Shown: positions 31,825 through 47,644 of the stretch, piece after piece
Layout: every line of letters begins with the position of its first letter
Position numbering within the stretch: position 1 is the stretch's first letter
Assembly (NCBI RefSeq): GCF_009914755.1
Contig: NC_060926.1
Reading direction: 5' to 3' (one strand)
Length of the DNA: 64,000 nucleotides
Source: the human T2T-CHM13v2.0 reference genome, Homo sapiens
Made by a program: the position numbers and the translations under genes
Notes under the pieces: model-generated
The model's input: the letters and a program-made list of their open reading frames with translations, nothing else
Databases searched by the model: none
Told to the model about the DNA's origin: nothing

Positions 31825-34529
31825 CAGGAGACTATTATTCTAAGTGAAGTGAATCAGGAACAGAAAGCCAAGCATCATATGTTCTCACTCATAAGTGGGA
31901 GCTAAACCATGAGGATGCAAAGACATAAGAATGATACAGTGGGCTTTAGGGACTAAGGGGAAAAGGATGGGAAGGGGGTGAGGGATACATGACTACAAAT
32001 TTGGTTCATGGTATCACTCAGGTGATAGGTGCACCACAATCTCACAAATCACCACTAAAGAACTTACTCATGTAAGTAAACACCATCTGTTCCCAAAAAA
32101 ACCTATGGAAATAAAAAAAATTAAAAAAAAACTTTATAATGGCACCCAGCGCATTATAGCACTGGGGTATTCTGAGTATGATTATGAATGTATTTATAGC
32201 AGTGAGTTATATGCTTTCATATTTTTTCATAATGGTAATTATCACTTTTGTTTCCAGTTGTAGCACTGTCTTAAGCATTTCTTGTAAGACCAGTCTAGCG
32301 GTAATAAATTCTCTCAGCTTTTGCTTGTCTAAGGTCTTTACATCTCCTGCATTGCTAAAGGATAGCTTTGCTGGATATAGTAATTTCGTCTGACAGGCTT
32401 TTTTTTTTTCTTTCAGCACTATGAATATCTCATTCTCTCCTGCCCTGAAAGGTTTCTGCTGAGAAATCTCTTAATAATCTAAAGAGGATTCCCTTATATG
32501 TGACTTGATGCTTTTCTCTTGTTGCTTTTAGAATTCTCTCTTTGTCTTTAAAGAGTTTGATTATAATATGCCTCTGAGAGAGTCATTTTGGGCAGAATCT
32601 AATTCGGGACTGTTGAACTTTTTGCATCTGGATGTCCATATTTCTCCTGATATGTGAGAAGTTTTTAGCTATTATTTTGTTAAATAAATTTACTGTACCT
32701 TTCTTCATTCTTTTTCTCTGACATTCTTATATCATGAATATGTGTTTGCTTAGTTGTTGTTTCATAAGTCCTGTAGGCTTTCTTCATTCTTTTTTATTCT
32801 TACTTATTTTTGTCCCCTCCGACTGGGTTATTTCAAATGCCTTGTTCTTCAGTTCTGAAATTCTTTTGTCTGCTTGATCTGCTCTGTTGTTGAAAATCCC
32901 AATTGTATTTTTAACTTCATTTATTGAATTATTCAGCTCCAAGATTTCTATATGGTTATTTTTATGTTATCTGTGTTTTTATTGAATTTCTCATTCCAAT
33001 CATGAAATTGTAAAAACTATTTTATTGATTTGTCTGTGTTCCCTTGTAGCTCACTGAGTTTCCTTAAGATCACTATTTTACATTCTTTTTAAGCATTTCA
33101 CAAATGTCCTTATCTTTGGAGTCTGCTAATGGAGATTTATTGTGTTCCTTTGGGGGTGCCATGCTTTCTTGCTTTTTCATGTTTCTACATTGATATTTGT
33201 GCATATAGTGGAATAGCCACTTTTTCCAATTTTATGGAGTAGGTTTCATAGGGAAAGACATTTTCCTGTAGATATGTCCTAGGATGTTGGCTTTGGTTCT
33301 GGGTGGACTCAGTAGTGCAGCTGTCATATAGTTTCCTCATATCATATAATAATCTTCATCATCAAGGTCTGTGATTGCCTCAGTGGTGTAGGGTATGGGA
33401 GTTTGTGATGGTAGTGGTGTGGTTTTGCTGGGGGAGGGAGTGCTGAGCTGGTTGTTGGGCTGGGCACATACGGATATGGAGGGCCAAAAAGCTGTCCATT
33501 GGGTTCTCTGGAAGCAAGAAAAGGTGAATTAAATGCAAGACTCAGGCATGCGTGGGCATGGCTGGCCAGGAAACTGTGTATGTACTGTCTCTTTAGGGAA
33601 ACAGGGCTGCTGGTGGACTGGATATTGGGACAGGTACATGTGGATGCAGTAGGGCTAGGTGGCTTTATAGCAATCTACCCAGCAGGGCAAGGTCATCACA
33701 GGGCTGGCTGTTGATCTATGCAGAGACATGCATAAGCTCAGAGGGCTGACTGGCTAAGCATTTCAGGTGCATGTAGGTGAGGTGACCAGCCAGCTGTTGG
33801 GTGACTGCTCTGCTGTGCAGGCCCACCTGTTCCCTGGGTGGGGGGGTGGTGGGGATGGTGTGCCACATGGGTTCAGATGCTGGGTGGGGTCTCAGGTGTT
33901 CTGTCTGGGCTAGGCTCTGGGAAGTTGGGTTCAAGGTACTGCAGGCACCTGTGTGAACATGGTAGTGACAGTAGGGCCTGAAGGATGGATACAGTTGGTT
34001 GCTACTCATCCCCAGGACAGGGCATACCCTATTAGTAGGTTCAGTTTCAAAATGGTGTTGAGTTGCAGCAGCTTAGGTAACAGGGTTGGGGGCACTCAGT
34101 TCAGGCTCCTACTCAGGTAATATAACTGCAACAAGTCCCAGCTACTCTCCAAACTGGATTTGGGGCCTGTGAGGACTGGGGGCCCTTCCCGTAGCAAGGA
34201 TTGCTGGTGTTTGTGAAAGCAATGAGGAGTGCTGTGGATCTCCATTACCCGTAAGAAGAAATCGGCCCTGACTCTGAGCCAGTCCTGGGCGGGGGACACA
34301 GTGTGGCAGAAGCAGGATGCCTTGCTCTCGTCTCTACGGTGCTATCCTGGGCTTCTGTGCTCCACAGACTGTGCCACGGCCCTGGTGCTCTCCAGTGTAC
34401 ATCCTCAGTCATGCTGGTTGAAATACAGTTGCTTATTTGTTGTTTTGGTACTTTTTGTGTGTGTTGTGGGGCAGGGGATGCTGCAGGTAACTCTGATCAG
34501 CCATCTTGCTGACATCCTCTGAAAACTCT

Positions 34530-34880
34530 TTTTTTTCTATTACATTTTTGCAATTTTGATTAGATTTGCATTGATTTTATAAGTTAATTTGGGGTGAACT
34601 GATACGTTTACAACAAGGAGTCTTTCCCTCCTATGACATGGCATCCTTCTCGATTTTTTCTTGTCCTCTTGTCTGTCAGGAAATCTGTATGACTTTCTCC
34701 ATAAAACAATTCTCAGGCATGTTTCTAAGGACATATTTTTGTAGGGATTTGAAACACAATCTGTTTTTGTACTATAATTTTTTAATTGATGTCTACTGGT
34801 GCATAGGCAAGATTTGGATTTTCACACAGAGAGCTCATGTCAGCTACACCGCTGAACTCTGATTAATTTCATATTTGTCA
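34530..34880 (-). mobile_element. Continuation of the old L1M interrupted at ~23489
   Basis: GCAATTTTGATTAGATTTGCATTGATTTTATAAGTTAATTTGGGG follows the motif at ~23480 in L1 consensus order. Confidence 0.6.
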
Positions 34881-36820
34881 AACAATTAGCACAAACACTT
34901 TTGAAAAATAAAATCTGATTGGGAATCCCAGTAGCAAAATGGATAAAAGTGTCAAGCAGGCCTCTCATGCTGCCTTACTTTCTTCACCATCCGGCTGAGG
35001 AACAGGCCATTCCTTGCTGACCCAGCTCCTTCCAGCTCAGTATGAGGATGAGAATCCTGCAGCCTCCTCCCCTGATCAGGCGGAGCCTGGCTCCACCTGG
35101 GGAGAGTCTGGGACCTCGGCACCTGCAGATCAGAGGCCCTCCCGCTCCAGTCCACCAGCACACAGGGAAGGGAAGGGAGACCCGGGGAAGCCACGTGCCT
35201 TCCCCATGTTGCCCAGCGGTTAAAAAGGGCGCAGGGACTACCCAGGGACTTTGGCTTCCAGGCATGACACAACCTTGCCTTCCAGGCTGGTCTCACTTAT
35301 AGGCATCCCTGTCAACCAAGAACATTCTGTTCAGAAAAAGTTATTTTTTCCTACTTTTTTGGTCCTGAAAATTAATGTGGTTTCTTTTCTGATTTTTACC
35401 TCGGGCTCTCCTTCATCTAAGAATCAAACCAGAGCTAGATTCCCAACTGTCTATCAATCTAGTCTGATTTTTCCCTTGAAGAAGAGAGGTCCTTTCGCAC
35501 AAGTTGCTCTTTGATCTTATGATAATTTTACCATTTTCCATGACTAGGTGTCCCCGTTCTGAACAGGCTCTGGGTGGCAAAAGGGATCTTAGGTTCCCTT
35601 GACAACCTAAGCCCATACTGATCCCATTGAGTTTGATGTCAACTACACTGGTACCCGAGCAAAATGTCCTGCTGTGTTAGGCTCACAGCTGGCTCTGTTT
35701 CCCTTGCCTTGAAAAGGAAATTGGCAAAGGAAGTACAAGGCTGACAGTTTTATTCCAGTGTACATGAAAAACGTTTACTTGCAGCCTTCCACTGCCCTGG
35801 TGTTTTGTCACCAGACCTGAGGCCATTTCTCCACCTCCTCCTGCTGTTTGGCCTGTGAGCTGGGACCCCTCCAAGGTGCAGGTGCATCCAGTATTAGAGA
35901 AGCCAGGCATGTGTGTGCACACACCCCACGCTCATTTTTGACCCCAGAGCCTTAAAGCTCATCGGCAGCATCAAACTCCTTTATATGCCCACCTATATGT
36001 AGCCCCTCCCTTTGCTGTGTCTCTGAGGGAGAATCCAGGCTCCCATGAGGGTGGCCGAGCCTGCTTTATCCCCTTCGGCACACCCAGAAGTGAACCCTGA
36101 GCCTCGCTCCTGGGTGGACTCAGGAATGTTCACAGTAATGGACTATGCAGCACCAACATCAGCATGACCCACCTATTGGGCCTCAGCAGAGGGACCATGA
36201 GAGTTGCAGCATCTCCGACTTTCACAAAAGATGGTTTTACAAAAATGCTGACAGAGGTTAGGTCAGAGACCCAGACTTAGCTCACAGGGGACCGGCAACA
36301 AGGACAGGAATGGATCCCTGGGTCTACAGCTCACCCAGGAGAGGATGCCTGGAGGGAGTGAGGCAACCTGACCAGCTCCTATCAGCGTGGCAAGGGTGGG
36401 AGGCACCTGCCCCTTATGCTCCAACTGCCTGGGTCACCTGGTGGCCCTGTGCTGCAGGGTCTTTGCACATTAGAGTCCTGGGGCTGACATAACAAAGTTC
36501 CATAAACTGGATGTCTCATATAATAGAAATTTACTGCCTCACAGCTCTGGAGGCGGAAGTCCAAGATCAGCGTGTCGGCAGGGTTGGTTCCTTCTGAGGC
36601 TGTCGGGAAGAATCTGTTACCAGCCTCTCTCCTAGGTTCTGGCAGCTTGCTGGTCCCTTTTGGCATTCCTGGCTTATAAACACATCATCACCCAGAATTC
36701 TGCCTTCATTTTTACATGGCATTCGCCCTGTGTGTGTTATCTCTGTGTCCAAATTTTTCTTTTCATAAAGTCATTAGTCATATTAGATTAGGGACCACCC
36801 TAATGACCTCATCTTAACTT

Positions 36821-37597
36821 TGTGAAAATTGTCAGAATCCAAATGGGTCACTTGTGTCAAGCCCTGACAAATGGACGTGGGTGGGACATGAAGGCAGGGT
36901 TCTCATGCACGTATGCTTGAAGACAAGAACTATCAAAAATACTCTGCAAAAAACACAGCCTTGCATGCACATATGCTTGAAGAGAACTACCAAAAATACT
37001 CTGCAAAAGGGCCTGGCGTGGTGGCTCACACCCGTAATCCCAGCACTTTGGGAGGCCGACGTGGGCGGATCACGAGGTCAGGAGATCGAGACCATCCTGG
37101 CTAATATGGTGAAACCCCGTATCTACTAAAACTACAAAAAATTAGCCGGGCGTGGTTGCAGGCGCCTGTAGCCCCAGCTACTCAGGAGGCTGAGGCAGGA
37201 GAATGGCCTGAACCCAGGAGGCGGAGCTTGCAGTGAGCCAAGATCACGCCACTGCACTCCAGCCTGGGAGGCAGAGCGAGACTCCGTCTCAAAAAAAAAA
37301 AAAAAAAAATACTCTGCAAAAAACATAGCCTTGCACAAAGGCCATAGCAACCACACAGAGAAAAATCTTCTGCAAGGACATCTGGCCAGCAACTGCCTGT
37401 CCACCCTTGTTATTGATCTTTGGAGCCAAGGATAATTGTTTCAAAACAATTAGGTAATCCTCCTCATTTCTCCTCTTAAAACTCTTGTCTTACTTTTCCT
37501 CCCTGAAAATGCCCACCATGTACCTATTGCAAAACTTACTCCTGAATAAATATCATTTTCGTTTAGAGATACTCTCTGTCTGCTATTTAGGCTGACA
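36821..37597 (+). mobile_element. ERV1-class solo LTR (family uncertain, MER72-like)
   Basis: TG...CA termini, AATAAA near the 3' end, 4-bp ACTT/ACTG flanks. Confidence 0.65.
37010..37305 (+). mobile_element. AluY inside the ERV1 LTR
   Basis: AluY diagnostics; TSD AAAATACTCTGCAAAA. Confidence 0.95.
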
Positions 37598-38619
37598 ACT
37601 GGATCATCTGCAAAGATCCTACTTCCAAAAAAAGGTCACATTCACAGATACCAGAGATCAGGGCACATAAATTTGGGGGGAAGGGACATAATTTAACCCA
37701 CAACTGTCTGTCAAATGGGGATGGCATGAGCCGGCAGGGCTGTTTAGGATCGTAGGTGTCATTCCATCCTAGTGCTGAGAGCTGGGTGGACACAGGCTGA
37801 GTCTCCACGGGCTGGCTCCCCCTCCGACTGGCCCTATCTGCCAGGAGGTGGTGTGACCTGGACTCTGGCCTGCAATTCTAGAGCACCCGCCCTGTGGCTT
37901 CGGGAACCCAGGAGCCTCTGGCTGGTTCCAGCCCTGCTTGGCTGGATTTCCTGCGTCTCTGAAGCTAGAGGACTCCCTGACACTCTGGTCAGCTCCAATT
38001 TTCATGTTCACGACCTTGTGGTTAAGGAGGAAAAAGGAAAGTCCAGCTTCCTCAGCCTCTCAATTCATGTACCATGTTGTTGATGTAATATGAGATGTTG
38101 GTTTAGTCCAGTGATTGCATGAGGGCTGAGCGGTCTCACTTTAGGTCCTCACTACTCCCCAGCTGATCCTATGGCCTCCAAGATCCAGGATCACTGGCAA
38201 GTGAAGTGGAGCCAAGGTTCATGCCTGAGTGGGAAGGGCTCCAGGCAAGGAGGGAGAGCCCTATGGTGGTTTGAGTCGAGCCCAGCGGAGAACTCCATGG
38301 CCTTGAACAAGTGAAGCTTCCTGCTTGCAGGGTCCATGGAGGTGGGCAGGGGCAAGACAAGGATGTTAACTGGGAGGCTTGCACTGTGAAGAATGGGCAG
38401 GGCAGCTGCTGAAAAGAGTGGCAGGAGCCAGTTGTAAGTCACACTTCTAATGTTCATCCGTCATGTTCCAGAGAAGGATGGGATACTAGAGAGAGGAACT
38501 GACTTTCTGGGGCATGAAGCCAGGTAATGCTAGGGCCCAACCAGAAGCAGCTCTACCATGGAGCCTCATGGCACATGGAGGCCAGCACCCCCTCGTCTTA
38601 CTCAGTAGCTGGTAAAAGA

Positions 38620-39765
38620 CGTCACCTCCAGGGGGCTTCACTTGTGAACGGCCTCGCCGCCAGGGACATCAACTCCAGTGGGGAGACACCTTCAGGGACC
38701 TCAACTCTGATGGGGGGCATCATCTCCAAGGGAACATCATCTCCAAGGGACATCAACTCCAGAAGACATCACCTCCAGGGGGACATCACCTCTGGGGGAA
38801 TCACCTCCAGGGGGAATCATCTCCAAGGAATATCACTTCCAGGACATCAACTTCAGGGGGAGATTACCACCAGGGACATCAACACTGAGGGGGCATCACC
38901 TCCAGGAGGAATCATCACCGAGGAACATCATTTCCAGGGACATCAACTCCAGGGGGAATCATCTCCAAGGAACAGCACTTCCAGTGGACATCACCTCTGG
39001 GGGGACATTCCCTCTAAGGAACATCGCCTCCAGGGGGCATCACCTCCAGGTGGAATCATCTCTAAGGAACATCATTTTCAAGGACATCATCTCCAAGGGG
39101 ACATCATCTCCAAGGGACATCATCGCCAAGGAACATCACCTCTAATGGACATCACCTCCAAGGTGACATCACCTGTAAGGAACATCAACTCCAGGAGGCA
39201 TCACCTCCATGGGGAATCATCTCTAAGGAACATCACTTGCAGGGACATCAACTCCAGGAGGACATCATCTCCAAGGAACATCACTTCCAGGGACATCAAC
39301 TCCAGGGTGACATCACCTTCAGGGACATCAACTCTGAGGGGGCATCATCTCCAGGGGGACATCATCTCCATGGGACATCACTTCCATGGACATCAAGTTG
39401 AGGGAAGATCATTTCCAGGGACATCAACTCTGGGGGAGCCATCACTTCCAGGGGGCATCAACTCCAACAGGATATCACCTACAAGGAGCATCACCTCCAG
39501 GGAATATCAACTCTGAGGGATGGGGGCATCACCTCCAAGAGTCATCACCTTCATGGGTATATCACCTACAAGGAGCATCACCTGCAGGGGATATCAACTC
39601 TGAGAGATGGAGGCATCACCTCCAGGAGTCATCACCTCCTGGAACATCACCTCCAGGTCATTAACTTGGGTGGCAGGGAGTCATCACCTCCAGGAGTCAT
39701 CGCCTCCTGGAACATCACCTCCAGGTCATTAACTTGGGTGGCAGGGAGTCATCACCTCCAGGGGT
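38620..39765. repeat. Degenerate ~15-17-bp tandem repeat (GGGACATCACCTCCA-like), ~1.1 kb
   Basis: Dozens of GG(G/A)(A/G)CATCA(C/A/T)CTCCA variants in tandem. Confidence 0.92.
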
Positions 39766-40749
39766 CTTGCTAGGGTCATCCCACCTAACACAGACCAGAT
39801 GCTGCAATCCTCTGCAACATTTGGGCAAAATGTTCCTTTTCCTTCAAATGTCAATAACTTTCTTGTATTTTTATTTTTCTTATATTTTGTCTCACAACAA
39901 AATTGTACTGTTGTTCTTGACCCTGAACACTGCTCCTTTCGTATCTTTTGAAAGTTCTGTCCTCTCTGTAAGAAATTTATATGCAGAGCTGGGTGGATGG
40001 GAAGGAGGATGAAGAGGTTCCTTGGCCTTTCACAGGTGGTTCTGTTTTGTTCCTCCTCTATCTCTCTTCCCCAGACATCCTCTGTATGTCCCAGCGCCTC
40101 CTCCCATTGTATCTCCCTGGCACTTTTCTTGTTCTCTGAGTCCTTTCATTTCCCCATCTGTTTCCTCTGCCTTGCAACTCCCCCTCTAATCTCAGTTGAC
40201 AAGCCTCTTTCAGCGTCAGCAGCAAGAGTGGTGAATGCGCCTTTGTTTGCCTTTCTTGAATCCTAATCGTGGAGACATCTGGACACAGCTAGAGAGAGTA
40301 AATGATGGATGCCCTTGTCAGTGCCGATAAGGAGACAAATAAGGAGGGGAGTAATGAACTTAATTCTTTTGTCTCCCCATCAAAACTGGCTTCATGTAAA
40401 CCTGTATGGCTTGGTATGCCTCAGACTGACCCAAGAAAGGAAAGTCAGGATGAATCCTGTGGAAAGGAAGTGTCTTTCCTTGCCTGTCCCTGCACCCACT
40501 GCCTTTGGAGGTGCCTCCTTGCATCGTGTCTTAGGATGTGAATTAATGCTGAGGTTTAGAATACACATTTACATGATGACCCACCTGAAGTGACCACAAT
40601 CAGAGCAAGTACAGTCTTTGGAAGCATGTACTGTGTGCTGAAGCCCTCCAATGTGGAAGGGCTTAGTTAGGTATGTAGTTAGGTTTTGATGTTGGAGAAG
40701 AGATAATGGACACAGAAGTTGTTCCAAAAGGAGAATGAGTGCATTGCTG

Positions 40750-41345
40750 ATGGTGCCGGTGACTTTTTGCCTCCCAACAGTTGTCCCCCAACCCCATTTC
40801 TTCTTCCCTCCTAGAGATGGTCAATTGGGTCAAGAGGCAGAAAGAGATCCCATGTACTTAGGGAGAGTACATTGTTCTGCCAATTTCAGTTGATACATTA
40901 TAATGCTTTTTAACTGATCTTGAAAATCTTAATCCCCTTTATCAGATACTCATTCTTGTACAAGGATTGGGCCTATGACACTGACATCCCTATGCCAAAA
41001 AAGATGTAAGCAGAGAACTGCAGGAAGACTTCTGGCAAAGATTTTTTCCTCCTAAAAAAAGGATAGATGTGAGGGGAGAGCTCCCTAGTGCTGCTCTTCT
41101 CCCTTTGTTTGGATGTGGAATGGAGACATGATTTCTGGACCAGTGCGATGTAGGCATAAGGCTGAGAATTTTCATAGCAGAAGAAAGAAAGAGACAGTGC
41201 CTGATGGCATTACTGAGCTGAAAGAACAATCCTGAGACTACCTAACTTTGGAATTCTTGTCAACATAATGATAAATATCCTGATGATTCGAATCATGTCG
41301 GTGGATTTTCTGTTACTTGAGGTTGTAAAGATCCTAACTGATATG
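40750..41345 (+). mobile_element. Old MaLR LTR (MLT1J/K-like)
   Basis: GACTTCTGGCAAAGATTTTTTCCTCC and terminal TTTTCTGTTACTTG...ATCCTAACTGATA. Confidence 0.5.
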
Positions 41346-41399
41346 TCATTTATGAAATAAATTTCTACACATCAGGTACTACCACTGACACAGAGAGGT

Positions 41400-44345
<2,946 letters not shown>

Positions 44346-44350
44346 GACCA

Positions 44351-44850
44351 TGATGTACAGAATAATGCCACCCCAATGATACTACATCTTAATTCTCAAC
44401 ACCTGTGACTATACTAGTGTACCTGGAGAAGAGGAATTCAGTTTGCAGATGGAATTAAGGTTGCCAACAGATGACCTTAAATAAAGGAGAGTATCTGGGA
44501 ATATTCAGGTGGGTCCAATGCAATCACAAGCCTCCTCACAACTGAAAGAGGGAATTGGAAGAAACAACCAGTGAAGCGGCATTGCGAGAAAGACTTAGCC
44601 TAAGGTTGCTGGTTTCGAAGATGGGGGAAGGGCAGCAGGATCCAAGCAATGTGGGAGAAGCTGGAAAAGTCGAGGCAACAGATTCCCCCAGAACATATAA
44701 AAAGCAGTGCATCCTGCTGACGCCTTGATCTGAGCCCGGTGAGATGCATGTTAAGTTTCTGACTTACATAGCTGTAATATAATAAACGTGTGGGGTTTCT
44801 TAAAGTCACTAAGTTTGTGGTCACTTGTCATAGTAGAAAACAAAATATAT
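44351..44850 (+). mobile_element. MLT1D/E-like LTR
   Basis: TTTGCAGATGGAATTAAGGTTGCC, GGTGGGTCCAATGCAATCACAAG, AAGTCACTAAGTTTGTGGTC. Confidence 0.75.
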
Positions 44851-45717
44851 TCTGCAATTATACATGCAATAGAAAAACGTATATGGAAAATATTATCAGC
44901 TGGTAACTTAAATCTACACAGAGGAATAAAAAATGGTGACTATTGGGAAATTAAGAATTTTTTCTTAAATTTTTTTATAATACAATTGACAATTTAAATA
45001 ATAATAGTAATATACTGTGGGGTTTATGACACAGGTAGAAGTAAAATGAAGGATGATGACAGCACAGAAGATGAGACAGAGAAATGGACACATTTTGTAA
45101 GGATCTTACGGTATGCATGGAATTGTATGATACTATCTGAAGGTAGAATGCGACCACTTAAACAGTTTATATAAACCCTACGTCAACTACTAAACAACCA
45201 ACTAACTCAAATGAAGGCAAAAAAGAGAGGAAAAGGAAAAAAGGATAAAAAACGAATGATATCAAGTACAACAGTCACATAACACAATCCTTTGCAAATA
45301 GTATGCCTCAACAAGTTCTTGTTTGCTTTGTTTGTTTGTTTTTACCAGCTTTATCTATCTCCACGGGTGTTGTGTATACTAGAGGATACAGTGGGGTTGG
45401 TAGGAGAAAGTATTCTAGGTTGTATTTACTGTGAATTAATCCACAGTGACTTCAACCTGTCTCCCTTGCTAATAACTTGGTTTTTTTTTTTTTTTTTTTG
45501 AGGCCATGAACATTTTCTTAATAATCTTTATATGCCAGGCAAAGAGAAAAGACTCAATAAATATTGATTGGATATGAAATAAATATGGGGAGGAGAAAGA
45601 GCATTCAAGGGAGAAGAAATACACCTTAGAAATAAATTTTGCTTTGAAAAAATGTATCAAAGATGGTAAGAAAAGAGGAAAATAAAATCCTGTTAGCTTT
45701 TAAGTAAAAAGAATTCA

Positions 45718-46023
<306 letters not shown>

Positions 46024-46459
46024 TGCACTCAACAGCAAATGAAAGAAACTGGAGAGAGGTTTTGCAAAGCTCCTCGGACCTGAGCCAGCTCCTTGGTGGC
46101 CTAGCTGAGCCTCTATCCTGCTGCCCCTGGGCTGGAGGGCTGCTCTTTTCACACACACTGAGGTAACGGAACCTGGGAGGTGCCCCGAGGGGAGCAGTAT
46201 GCAGGCCATCTGCGCCAAGCGCAGAGGAGGAGCAGTAGGACTGGAGACCATGTCCTCACTCTGCTCCCGGAGGCTGGCATCCAGGGCGACCAGCGAGTGC
46301 TGCAGCTATGGAGGGTAGGGGGAGCTCAGAGGAAGAGGCCTGAAGGGCAGGCCGACTTCAAGAAGATGGAGACCCAGAGCGCTTTGAGGACGTCTCCAGG
46401 GTCACCTGGGGAAGAACCAAGACTCCCCTGTGGTCTCCTGCCTCTTAGTCAAGTGATCT

Positions 46460-46765
46460 TCCCTGGGTCCTCCCATATTCATAAGTTGAAACCCAACCCC
46501 AAGGTGATGGTGTCAGGATGGGGTGGCCTCCGGGAGGTGGTGAGGTCAGGGTGGAGCCCTCGTGTTGGGCTGGACCCTGGAGAGCCGCCTTACTCTCTGC
46601 CCGCCATGCGGGAGTGCGGTAAAGATGGCACCAGAGCCCAAGTCCCAGAGCCCGTCTAAGCTGCCACCCTGATCCTGGACTTCCAGCCTCCAGGCTGATT
46701 AATGAATGCCTGGTGTTTTCAGCTCCTCTGAGTTCCATTCTCATGGCGGCCGGGGCTGACCGGGA
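46460..46765 (+). mobile_element. MLT1A-like LTR, degenerate and GC-shifted
   Basis: GTTGAAACCCAACCCCAAGGTGATGG, GGGTGGAGCCCTC, CCTGGACTTCCAGCCTCCAG. Confidence 0.6.
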
Positions 46766-46775
46766 CCTCCAGCCC

Positions 46776-46919
46776 CGGCACACAGCCTTACCTGGGACGC
46801 CTGTCATTCCACTGGAGAATCCTGGACACGCAGCCTCGCCCGGGACACCTGTCACTCCACTGGAGAATCCTGGACACGCAGCCTTGCCCGGGACACCTGT
46901 CACTCCGATGGAGAATCCT
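46776..46919. repeat. 48-bp VNTR, array A (3 copies)
   Basis: GGACACGCAGCCTCGCCCGGGACACCTGTCACTCC(G/A)(A/C)TGGAGAATCCT-type units. Confidence 0.95.
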
Positions 46920-46989
46920 GGAGTCGCATCTTTCTCTCATATCTCTGATCCAATCCGCCCAGAGATCCTGATGCCTCACCTTCAAATCC

Positions 46990-47540
46990 ACCCTGAATCC
47001 CGCCGCCTCACCCTCGCTGCGCTTACATGAGGCTCACCTGGAGGGATGATTCGGCCCAGCCAACCTCTGCTTCCCGCTCATCGCACCCAGGGCGCAGCCC
47101 TGAGCCCCAGAAGCGGTCTCGCCCTCAACCACGCAGGCCCCGGGCCCGGCTCCCACAGAACCCCGCTCAGCTCTCACGGGGGCCACCCCGAGGTCTTGAA
47201 CTAAGCAGAGCCTCTCCCTTCCCCCTCCCTCCCCATCCCTCAGCTCAGCCCCCAGCAAACTCACCCTCAGCACCTGCTCACCTGGGGCTGCTCCCCGTCA
47301 CCGTCTCCGCGCACTCCGCCCCTCACCACGGATCCCGAGCGCCGGGAAGACGGCCGGGCGCCCAGGAGCGCTCGGGGCCCGCCTGCTGCCCACGCACGGT
47401 CCAGCACCCGGCTCGGAGGGCACCTCCCGGAGCTTCAGCTGGACTCGGGCAGGGAGGGAGAAACTCGCCATCCTCAATCCATCCCTCCCTCCTTCCTCCG
47501 TCTCTCTGCTCGTGTGATCACTGCCAGCGCCCCGTGAGCC
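46990..47540. promoter_or_regulatory. CpG-rich, island-like patch (possible promoter or enhancer)
   Basis: High GC with many retained CpGs (e.g. CCCGAGCGCCGGGAAGACGGCCGGGCG) against a CpG-depleted background. Confidence 0.45.
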
Positions 47541-47644
47541 TCAGTGGCAACAGGGACATTTCCTGTTTAAAATAAAAGTAAAGGTTTGACGCCCACTCTC
47601 CTTAGTTGTGTGGATCCAGAACACGGGGGAGCCCTTGCACCCCT

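Larger units (their letters stand above)
36470..37703 (-). mobile_element. MLT1 (B/C-like) LTR split by an ERV1 LTR (arms 36470-36820 and 37598-37703)
   Basis: GGAAGTCCAAGATCAG...GACCTCATCTTAACTT, then resumes ATCTGCAAAGATCCTACTTCCAAA...GGTCACATTC. Confidence 0.8.
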
